Source: a bacterium
GTDB taxonomy: Bacteria; Vulcanimicrobiota; Xenobia; Xenobiales; Xenobiaceae
Assembly (NCBI GenBank): GCA_022839105.1
Contig: JALHDH010000022.1
Coordinates: 1,405 to 65,404 of the forward strand
Length of the DNA stretch: 64,000 nucleotides
Reading direction: 5' to 3'
Below, piece after piece: positions 1-7,665 of this stretch (position 1 is its first letter; each line of letters starts with the position of its first letter). The notes below the pieces were generated by a model. That model did not search any database. It was not told the origin of the DNA and saw only the letters and a program-made list of their open reading frames with translations. A program made the translations under genes and the position numbers.

Positions 1-1
1 G

Positions 2-148
2 CGCGTCGTGCACGGTCCCTTCCAGGACGTCCACGGCCTGGTGGAAGAGGTCAGCCCCGAGCGGGAGAAGGTTCGCGTCCTGATCTCGATCTTCGGGCGC
101 GAGACCCCTGTCGAGCTGGACTTCGTCCAGGTCGAGAAGCTTTCCTGA
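2..148 (+). CDS. nusG: Transcription antitermination factor NusG, C-terminal KOW end (partial at window edge)
   Basis: Frame 2 translates [48 protein letters not shown], the canonical NusG C-terminus; lies directly before rplK. Confidence 0.97.
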   Translation, partial: RVVHGPFQDVHGLVEEVSPEREKVRVLISIFGRETPVELDFVQVEKLS

Positions 149-245
149 CCGACCTTTTTCGGGGCGGTCCAGACAGAAATCCCGGCTTGGCGGTTCTGCC
201 GCGAGCCTCTGGCGGGCTCCCGCCGAGTTTTGAGCGAGGTGTGAA

Positions 246-671
246 ATGGCGAAGAAGTTGAAGGCCATCGTGAAGCTGCAGGTGCCCGCCGGCAAGGCCA
301 ACCCGGCCCCGCCCGTGGGTCCGGCGCTCGGTCAGTACGGCGTGAACATCATGGAGTTCGTCAAGCAGTACAACGAGCGCACGGCCAAAGAGGTCGGGAT
401 GATCATCCCGGTCGAGATCTCGATCTACGAGGATCGCACCTTCTCGTTCATCACCAAGACCCCGCCGGCCAAGACCCTCCTTCTGAAGGAAGCCGGTCTG
501 GAGCGGGGATCGGGAGAGCCGAACAAGAAGAAGGTCGGCAAGGTCACCTCGGCCCAGGTCCGCAAGATCGCCGAGGTCAAGATGCCCGACCTGAACGCGA
601 ACTCGATCGAAGGCGCGATGCACATCATCGAGGGCACCGCCCGGAGCATGGGCATCGTGGTCGAAGGCTGA
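246..671 (+). CDS. rplK: 50S ribosomal protein L11
   Basis: [21 protein letters not shown] motif, 141 aa, nusG-rplK-rplA synteny. Confidence 0.99.
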   Translation: MAKKLKAIVKLQVPAGKANPAPPVGPALGQYGVNIMEFVKQYNERTAKEVGMIIPVEISIYEDRTFSFITKTPPAKTLLLKEAGLERGSGEPNKKKVGKVTSAQVRKIAEVKMPDLNANSIEGAMHIIEGTARSMGIVVEG

Positions 672-745
672 TTTTCTTCGAATCTTTGAGTCTTGGTCCG
701 GCGACAGGTGTCGTCGGACTTTGCGCCGTACTCCCGTGCGGCGCC

Positions 746-781
746 GTGGGAGGGCTCCTTCGGGGAGTCCGTCACGACCAC
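746..781 (+). promoter_or_regulatory. Probable ribosomal protein L1 autoregulatory RNA site upstream of rplA
   Basis: GTGGGAG-hairpin(GGCTCC TTCG GGGAGTCC)-GTCACGACCAC immediately before the AGGAGG RBS of rplA, matching the L1-binding mRNA mimic arrangement. Confidence 0.7.
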
Positions 782-798
782 ATCAGGAGGATGGATTC

Positions 799-1512
799 AT
801 GTCCAGAAAGAGCAAGAATTACCGGCAGGCCCTGCAGCAGTACGATCGCACCGCTTCCTATTCGGTCACGGAGGCCATCGAGATCCTCAAGCGGATCAAG
901 TTCGCCCGCTTCGACGAGGCGGTTGAGGCCCACTTCCGCCTGGGCATCGACCCCAAGAAGAGCGACCAGACCGTGCGCAGCACGGTGGTGCTTCCCCACG
1001 GCACCGGCAAGACCCCGCGGGTGATCGTCTTCACCAAGGCGGACCGCATCAAGGCCTGTGAAGAGGCCGGCGCCGACCAGGTCGGAGCCGAGGATCTGGT
1101 GGCCCGCGTCAAGGAGGGCTTCTCGGACTTCGACATCGCCGTCGCCTCGCCCGACATGATGGGCCTGGTCGGCAAGGAGCTGGGCCGCATCCTCGGCCCG
1201 CGCATGCCCAACCCGCGTGCCGGCACCGTGACTCCCGACCCGGCCAAGGCCGTGGCCGAGCTCAAGTCCGGCAAGATGCAGTTCCGTGCTGACAAGTTCG
1301 GGATCGTCCACACCGCGATCGGGCGCGTGGGCTTCGAACCCGAGAAGATCGAGCACAACTTCCAGACCCTGTTGGGCGCCGTGGTCCGGGCCCGTCCCGC
1401 CGCCGCCAAGGGCACCTACCTCAAGAGCATCTATCTGACCACCACCATGGGGCCCAGCGTCCGCGTCGACCCGCAGAGAGCTGCCGTGGCCGCCGCCGCG
1501 ACCGGCCGGTAG
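799..1512 (+). CDS. rplA: 50S ribosomal protein L1
   Basis: FARFDEAVEAH, VVLPHGTGK and LGPRMPNP motifs; ATG at 799 after AGGAGG. Confidence 0.99.
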   Translation: MSRKSKNYRQALQQYDRTASYSVTEAIEILKRIKFARFDEAVEAHFRLGIDPKKSDQTVRSTVVLPHGTGKTPRVIVFTKADRIKACEEAGADQVGAEDLVARVKEGFSDFDIAVASPDMMGLVGKELGRILGPRMPNPRAGTVTPDPAKAVAELKSGKMQFRADKFGIVHTAIGRVGFEPEKIEHNFQTLLGAVVRARPAAAKGTYLKSIYLTTTMGPSVRVDPQRAAVAAAATGR

Positions 1513-1536
1513 TCTCGAATCCGGGCTTCGTCCCGT

Positions 1537-1579
1537 GAATCGTGGCCGACCTCGGAGGTCGGCCACGATTCTTTGTTTT
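1537..1579 (+). terminator. Intrinsic terminator after rplA
   Basis: Perfect 16-bp stem GAATCGTGGCCGACCT/AGGTCGGCCACGATTC followed by TTTGTTTT. Confidence 0.85.
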
Positions 1580-1818
1580 CGGATCCTGCTTCCGGCAGGC
1601 CTGGACGGCATCCGTTCCTCCCCGGGGCGAGTGCGCCCTGTGTTGCCCTGCCCTGGCCCTTCCGGGCTTTCGGACCTGCCACGAGGTCCTGGATGGGCCA
1701 GGGGGGGCTGGCGCGGCCTGGGGCCGGTCCTGGCCAGGAAAGGCGGACTTCAAGAACCGGCCTTCGGAGAGGGGCGGCCCCTCGGGGATTCGGGCCTGGA
1801 AAATCTTCGGGGAAATGC

Positions 1819-1847
1819 TTGACAGGGAGGATCGGACCCGCTAGAAT
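1819..1847 (+). promoter_or_regulatory. Sigma70-type promoter of tRNA-Ala
   Basis: TTGACA-17 nt-TAGAAT just upstream of the tRNA. Confidence 0.85.
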
Positions 1848-1860
1848 TCCAACTTGTGAC

Positions 1861-1936
<76 letters not shown>

Positions 1937-2165
1937 GGATGAAGATACAAGGCGATGGGGTCCGCTCTGGCGGGCCCCATCTTCGTTTCCTGAAAATGGA
2001 TGCTCCTCGGGCAGGGAAAGGGCTCCTCGGGTGGCGAAGCCTAGGCTCTCGCGTGGTTCCACCTGGCGCGGCATCTGGTCGGGCGAAGGGGATTCAACCG
2101 GGGGGACGGGTCTGGAACCTCGATTTCATGGGACTTCAGTAGGACCCGGACGGGGTTGACTGAAG

Positions 2166-2174
2166 TGCTATAAT
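2166..2174 (+). promoter_or_regulatory. Extended -10 promoter for the Cys-rich ORF/radical SAM cluster
   Basis: TGCTATAAT (TGn-TATAAT) about 90 nt upstream of ATG 2261. Confidence 0.6.
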
Positions 2175-2260
2175 GGGTGCAGACTTGGGCAGGCCTGTTT
2201 CTTTTTTTCCTTCCCGGGTTCGCGCTCTCACTCGAGCTGAAAGAGAGAGAAACCAAGCCA

Positions 2261-2554
2261 ATGGCGTATCGGCCGTGCAGGTTCCGGAGTTCGGTGCTGG
2301 GGATCTTCCAGTGCGAAAAGCACATGTTTCAGCATTCCAGCCCGGAAATCTACAATGAACTCTATGAGTTCTGCCTGGAGAATGTTCCGGATCGCTTCTG
2401 CAGCTACGTGGACTTCGGATTCAGCCTGGAGGGCGAGCGCCCCCGGATCTTCATCAACTGCACGCATCCCTACCAGTCCCGCCCGTTGAAGAGCTTCCGC
2501 GACTGCATCGAGGAATGCGACTATCACGACAAGGAAGGCGAGTCGCTGGGTTAG
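2261..2554 (+). CDS. Small Cys-rich protein (97 aa, 7 Cys); candidate radical SAM substrate or partner
   Basis: Host-like codon usage, purine-rich leader before ATG 2261 (ORF track starts at GTG 2177), upstream of the rSAM gene. Confidence 0.75.
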   Translation: MAYRPCRFRSSVLGIFQCEKHMFQHSSPEIYNELYEFCLENVPDRFCSYVDFGFSLEGERPRIFINCTHPYQSRPLKSFRDCIEECDYHDKEGESLG

Positions 2555-2584
2555 CCCGGTTGCGGCACTTCCCTTTGAGGTCGA

Positions 2585-2610
2585 GAAGCCCGGGGTTGGC
2601 CCCGGGCTTC
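2585..2610 (+). terminator. GC-rich hairpin between the Cys-rich ORF and the radical SAM gene
   Basis: GAAGCCCGGGG-TTGG-CCCCGGGCTTC, 11-bp stem, no strong U-tract. Confidence 0.55.
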
Positions 2611-2705
2611 TGCGTCCAGGCAGGGAGATGCCGGATCGGCCAGGGACCCGGGAGGGGCAGGGAGAATCTCTGGGAAAGTCTCGAACCGTTGCAGAGCCAT
2701 CCTGG

Positions 2706-4013
2706 ATGACACTGATTGACCAGCCGTTGACCCTTGCCACCGCTCCCTTCGTGGCCCGACGGGAGTACTTCGGTTGTCTGGTGTACGACCGTCGTCGTCG
2801 GGATTATATCCCCTTCGATCAGGACGCCCTGCACATCTTCCGACGCAGCACCGAGATCCCGTTGGACGAGGTCCATCGGGAGCTGGCCGACAAGGTGACC
2901 CGCCAGTCCTTCGACACCTTCGTCCAACTGTGCGCCAGCATCGACCTGATGAAGGAAGGCCGTTTCCAGGGCGTCTTCCTGGGCAACGAGGTGGCCGAGC
3001 GGACCCAGCATCTCTCGGCTCCCACCCGGCTCTTCCTGCAGTTGACGCGCTATTGCAACCTGGCCTGCCGGCACTGTTGGGCCGATGCCGGAACCGCCCG
3101 CCCGCGCGAGTTGACCATCCTGGAGGTCCGGGCGCTTCTCGACCAGATGGCCGAGATGGGCACCTTCAAGCTGCAGCTCGGCGGGGGAGAGCCCCTGGGC
3201 CGGGGGGATGTCTTCGAGATCCTCGAACATGCGAATTTGCAGGGCCTCAGCGTCGGGATCTCCACCAATGCGACCATGGCCACCCGGGCGGTGGCCCAGA
3301 GGCTGGGCGAGCTGGGCGTCGAGAGCTTCAAGGTCAGCATGGAGGCCGGCAGCGAGAAGAGCTACGACTATATCCGCAATGATCGGGCTTATCGCAAGGC
3401 CATCCGAGGCATCAGGAACCTCAAGGAGTTCTGCCCCGGATCCGAGCTGTACTTCCACGCGGTCCTGCAGCGCGACAACCTGACCGAGATCCCCGCGCTG
3501 ATCAAGCAGGCCGAGAAGCTCGAAGTCGCGCGGATCGTCTTCGATGTGGCCGTCCCGGTCGGACGGGCCCGGGAGAACTCCCGGATCCTGCTTTCCCAGG
3601 AAGAGGCCTTCCACGCGCTGGACCTGGCACGCCGCATCGGCGCCTCCTCCCGGGTGGAGGTGGAGGTCATGGGCCAGGTGCCGCCTCTGGTCCGCAAGAA
3701 ACGCGTCTTCGAGGGTTTCGGCTGCGAATGCGGACAGTTGCACTGCCATGTCTCCTCGGACGGAGTGGTGGCGGCCAGCGGCTTCGTGAGCAGCACGCTT
3801 CCGGCCGGAAACATCCGCGAGACCCCCTTGCGGGAGATCTGGAACTCCGGCCACGGACTGAAACTCCTGCGCAGCAACCCTGGCAACAACATCTGCAAGT
3901 CCTGCGAGCATTTTCGCTCATGTCGCGGGGGGTGCCGGACGCGAACCTATGCGACCCTGAGCGCCCTGACCGAGCCGGATCCCCTCTGCAGGATCGCGCG
4001 GGAGGCGCGTTGA
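2706..4013 (+). CDS. Radical SAM/SPASM protein with N-terminal RRE (PqqD/MftB-like) domain
   Basis: CNLACRHC (CxxxCxxC), GGGEP, C-terminal CKSCEHFRSCRGGC...DPLC SPASM motif; N-terminal RREYFGCLVYD strand. Confidence 0.9.
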   Translation: MTLIDQPLTLATAPFVARREYFGCLVYDRRRRDYIPFDQDALHIFRRSTEIPLDEVHRELADKVTRQSFDTFVQLCASIDLMKEGRFQGVFLGNEVAERTQHLSAPTRLFLQLTRYCNLACRHCWADAGTARPRELTILEVRALLDQMAEMGTFKLQLGGGEPLGRGDVFEILEHANLQGLSVGISTNATMATRAVAQRLGELGVESFKVSMEAGSEKSYDYIRNDRAYRKAIRGIRNLKEFCPGSELYFHAVLQRDNLTEIPALIKQAEKLEVARIVFDVAVPVGRARENSRILLSQEEAFHALDLARRIGASSRVEVEVMGQVPPLVRKKRVFEGFGCECGQLHCHVSSDGVVAASGFVSSTLPAGNIRETPLREIWNSGHGLKLLRSNPGNNICKSCEHFRSCRGGCRTRTYATLSALTEPDPLCRIAREAR

Positions 4014-4015
4014 CG

Positions 4016-4198
4016 ATGCCATCCCTCCAGAATGACGGGATTCGGGCTGCCTTTCCGGAGTGTCCCGCCTGTGATGAACCGGTCGATTTTTCGGACCTGG
4101 CCCTGAACGAGCAGACCACCTGTCCACATTGTGGGGCCTGCGTGCTCCTGGTTCGCCTCGACGGCATCCTGATGCTGTTGAAGGACGGGTGGGCCTAG
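4016..4198 (+). CDS. Small zinc-ribbon protein, LysW-like fold (60 aa)
   Basis: CPAC-x16-CPHC; ATG 2 nt after the rSAM stop with GGAGG RBS. Confidence 0.75.
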   Translation: MPSLQNDGIRAAFPECPACDEPVDFSDLALNEQTTCPHCGACVLLVRLDGILMLLKDGWA

Positions 4199-4221
4199 GA
4201 GTCCGTCGGGAGGCTTTGCTG

Positions 4222-5855
4222 ATGGGGCAGTCGGTCAATCCAGCCTGGCAAGGGGGCCAAAGGCTGCTCCTGGGCCTTGGGGGAGCCCTGGTGGCTCTCT
4301 CTGCCTTCCTGGCAGGGGACGAGAGGAGCGCTTCCCTCCATCCCTGGGGTGCTGCCGGCAGCGCCCTGGCCCTCCTTGGACTGACGCTGCTCTCCCTGAA
4401 AGCCGGAACCTTCCGTCCCGCCTCTGGCGCCTGGAAGGCCCTCACGGTGTCGCAACTCCTGGCCTGTCTGGCGTTGGCCTGGTGCACCGGCGGAGCTCTC
4501 AGTCCGGCGTATTTCCTGGTCGCCTTCCTGGTGGGGCGCCTGCCCCGGTGCCCGATGCGGTCTTCTTCGGGGCGGCGATCCTGGCCTTGCCGCTCTTCGG
4601 ATCGTTCGGTCTGCTCGTCGCAGCCCTCCAGGGAGGAGCCCTCGCCGAGGTCCTGGGTGAGAGCTCGCGCCGCCTGGAAGCGGCCTATGCCACCGCCCGC
4701 CAGCAGGCCCAGGAACGCGAACGCCGCGAGCAGGAACTCTATGACAAGCAGCGCCAGTTGGCGGGGCTGATTCACCTTTCCCAGCAGCTCTCGTCGATCC
4801 GCCAGCCCGACCAGTTGCTGGCCATGGTCGCCCGGATCGCCAAGGACGAGATGAACTCCGCCATCTCCCTGGTGGCCCTGGTGCACGGCCGGGAGCTGAG
4901 GGTGGTGTGCTCCCACGGGCTCTCCCAGCTCTCGGTCGAGGCCTTCCGGCCCCGGGTTGGAGCCGGTCCCCTGGGAGGTGTCGTCGTTTCCGGAAAGGGG
5001 ATCCGCCTGGGCGAGGCGGACGGCGAGGCCTGGCGGCAGAGCCTGGAGGGGGTCCGCGAGCGGGTGCGCACCCTTCTGGCGGTCCCCATCCAGAGCCCCC
5101 ACGAGAAGCTTCCCGTCGGGATCCTGGCGGTGGGGAACCTGCTGGTGGGTGAGGCCTACGAATCCGAGCATGAGGATTTCCTCGGGCTCCTGGGCACCGA
5201 TGCCGCCATCGCGCTGCACAACCTCAGCCTCTATTCCGAGTTGGAGCGTTCCTACTACGAGATCATCCAGGCCCTGGCCCAGGCCATCGAGGCCAAGGAC
5301 CCCTACACTTCGGGCCATGTGGCTCGGGTCCGCACCTATGCCACCCGGCTGGCCAAGGCCTTGGGCCTGCCGCAGGAGGAGATCGAGCTGATTTCCAAGG
5401 CGGCCATCCTCCATGATGTCGGCAAGATCTCGGTTCCCGACAAGGTTTTGATGAAACCGGGCACCTTGACCGAGGAGGAATTCGAGGTCATGAAGTCCCA
5501 TGTCGAGAACGCCCTGCATATCCTGAAGGATATCCGGTCGCTTCCTCCGCGGGTCTTCGAGATGGTCCTGCACCACCACGAGCGCTACGATGGGGGAGGC
5601 TATCCGCACGGGCTCAAAGGCGAGGAGATCCCTCTGGGAGCGCAGATCATCGGCCTGGCGGACACCTTCGACGCGATGACCTCCGACCGACCCTATCGCA
5701 AGGGCTACTCGGCCGAGGAGGCCCTGGCCCGCATGGAGGAGGCCATGGGGACCCAGTTCAATCCCCGCCTCTTGAAGGCATTCTTCGGTCTTTTCGAATT
5801 CCGCACCAGGAGGCCGCTGACCTTGAAGCTTCGCGAAGGCCAGGAGGACAGATGA
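4222..5855 (+). CDS. Membrane-anchored GAF + HD-GYP cyclic dinucleotide phosphodiesterase; apparent 1-nt frameshift near 4533-4536
   Basis: TM helices in the frame from ATG 4222 continue in ORF 4482-5855, which has a GAF region and intact LHDVGK, HHERYDGGGYP and DAMTSDRPYR motifs. Confidence 0.88.
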
Positions 5856-6781
5856 CCCCGGAGGGGATCCAGGCCCTGCGCGGCCGATTCGCCGGAACCC
5901 GCCACCTGCTCATCGGGCTTGAGGGGGAGGTGGATGCCGAGGTCCTGGCCTGCGGTCTGGCTCTTCGGGAGGCTCTGGGGGGAGCGGGCAGGACGGTCGC
6001 ACTCACCGGCCTGGAAGGCCTGCCCCGGTCCCTGCGCGAGCTCTTCGCCTCCCTGGACCTGGAGATCCCATCCGATCCCCTGGAGGGGGCCTTCGACCTG
6101 AGCCTGAGTCTCGGGGGCGGGCGGGCGTTGGAGGCCTCCTGGGAAGGCGGGAGCCTGGAACTCTTCGGAGGCTGTCTTCCGGAGGGCTCGTTTGCCGGGG
6201 CCCGGACCCTGGGAGAGGGGGTCTTCGATCTCCTCGAAGACCTGGGCTGCGGATTCCATGGACCGGTCGCAAAGGCCCTGTACGTGGCCATTTCCTGGGC
6301 CACCGACTCCTTCCAGAATGAGCTGGTGACCGCGGCCACCCACTCTCGGGTGGCCCATCTGCTGGAGTCTGGAATCCCCGCGGATCTGCTGGCCCGCCGA
6401 CTCTTCCGGGAGGATTCCCTGGCCTTCCTCCGCCTTCTGGGCAAGGTGCTCGCGCAGTTGGAAGTGGCCTTGGACGGGCGCGTGGTCCTCGGCTCGGTCT
6501 CCCGTGAGGACCTCCGGGAATTCGCCTGCGAGTCGGATCTGGCCCACCGGCTTGCAGGCCGGGTCGATCAGGTTCGGAAAAGCGAGCTGGTGGTTCTCTT
6601 CCTCGAGCAGGAGGATGGAGCCTTCCAGACGGTTCTGCGCTCGCGTCGCCTCCCGGCGCATCGGATCGCGGCTCTCTTCGGGGGGCGGGGCGAGGCACGA
6701 CAGGCCCGCTTCCTCTTGACCCTGCCCCGGGCCGAGGCCACCTCCCGCGTCTTGGAGGCCCTCGCCGCTCCCGACTTCTGA
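5852..6781 (+). CDS. DHH/DHHA1 (NrnA-like) family protein with degenerate catalytic motifs
   Basis: Layout ALYVAISWATDSF, LLESGI, SRRLPAHRIAALFGGRG resembles NrnA; DxD, DHH and GGGH motifs absent; ATGA overlap with HD-GYP. Confidence 0.7.
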   Translation: MTPEGIQALRGRFAGTRHLLIGLEGEVDAEVLACGLALREALGGAGRTVALTGLEGLPRSLRELFASLDLEIPSDPLEGAFDLSLSLGGGRALEASWEGGSLELFGGCLPEGSFAGARTLGEGVFDLLEDLGCGFHGPVAKALYVAISWATDSFQNELVTAATHSRVAHLLESGIPADLLARRLFREDSLAFLRLLGKVLAQLEVALDGRVVLGSVSREDLREFACESDLAHRLAGRVDQVRKSELVVLFLEQEDGAFQTVLRSRRLPAHRIAALFGGRGEARQARFLLTLPRAEATSRVLEALAAPDF

Positions 6782-6857
6782 CTTTCGAACCGCGCGGGAG
6801 CCGCTGGCGGGATCCTCCGAGGGGGTCGGCCCCTCGACGCCGAAGGATCAGGGCGTG

Positions 6858-7514
6858 ATGTCGGAATTCAGCGGTGCGATCCCGGTCTTCCCCCTCGCGG
6901 GACTGGTCTTCTTCCCAGGGACGGTCCTGCCCTTGCATCTCTTCGAGCCCCGCTATCGCGAGATGGCCTTGGACCTGTTGGAGGGTGAAGGCCTTCTGGC
7001 CATGGCCCTGCTGGAGGAAGGCTGGGAGGAGGATGCCACCGGGGATTCCCCGATCCATCCCATCGTCACGGTGGGGCATGCCCGCCGCTGGGAGCGTCAG
7101 GAGGACGGCAGCCTCAACATGGAACTGGTCGGGCTGGGACGCGCCCGGATTCTGGGCGAGGTTCCCGGCAAGCCCTGGCGGCGCGCCCGCCTGCTCCCCT
7201 TGGAGGATGAACCCGTCGGCCCGGAGGAGACCCGCGAGCTGAGCCAGAGCCTGCTCTGGGCCCTGCAGCGCCTGGTCGGGGCCGAGAAGAGCGATCCGGC
7301 CGAGATCAAGTTGGACCCGTCCCTGGACCTGGGCCGTTTCTGCGACTCGCTGGCCTTCCTGCTGCCGATGGAACCCGCCAGGAAGATGGAGCTCCTGGCC
7401 GAGTTGGACCCGGCCATCCGCGCCCGGGCCCTGGTCCGCCATCTCGAGGACCTGCGGCGGAAGGGAACCCTCAGGCGGGTGGTCCATATCCTGCCCGGAT
7501 TCAGCCTGAACTGA
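6858..7514 (+). CDS. Stand-alone LON peptidase substrate-binding (N-terminal) domain protein
   Basis: IPVFPLAGLVFFPGTVLPLHLFEPRYREM signature; no AAA+ or protease domain. Confidence 0.92.
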   Translation: MSEFSGAIPVFPLAGLVFFPGTVLPLHLFEPRYREMALDLLEGEGLLAMALLEEGWEEDATGDSPIHPIVTVGHARRWERQEDGSLNMELVGLGRARILGEVPGKPWRRARLLPLEDEPVGPEETRELSQSLLWALQRLVGAEKSDPAEIKLDPSLDLGRFCDSLAFLLPMEPARKMELLAELDPAIRARALVRHLEDLRRKGTLRRVVHILPGFSLN

Positions 7515-7665
7515 AGCCGGGGTCGGCAGCCCCGGAGAGCCTCCGATTCCACGGTGTCCACCCGGCAACACCCGGGAAACAGTTCGCATGCTGGCTTGCG
7601 CTATCCTGGAAGGTGCCGGGCCCTGCCCGGATCCTCGAGAGAGTCCGTCATCCGGAGGTTCTGGC

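Noticed and set aside
2706-4013. Calling this gene mftC or pqqE
   Set aside because: No MftA/PqqA-like precursor or other mft/pqq genes are adjacent
4016-4198. Calling this gene lysW/argW
   Set aside because: No C-terminal EDWGE and no lysX; the window encodes the acetyl (ArgJ) route for arginine
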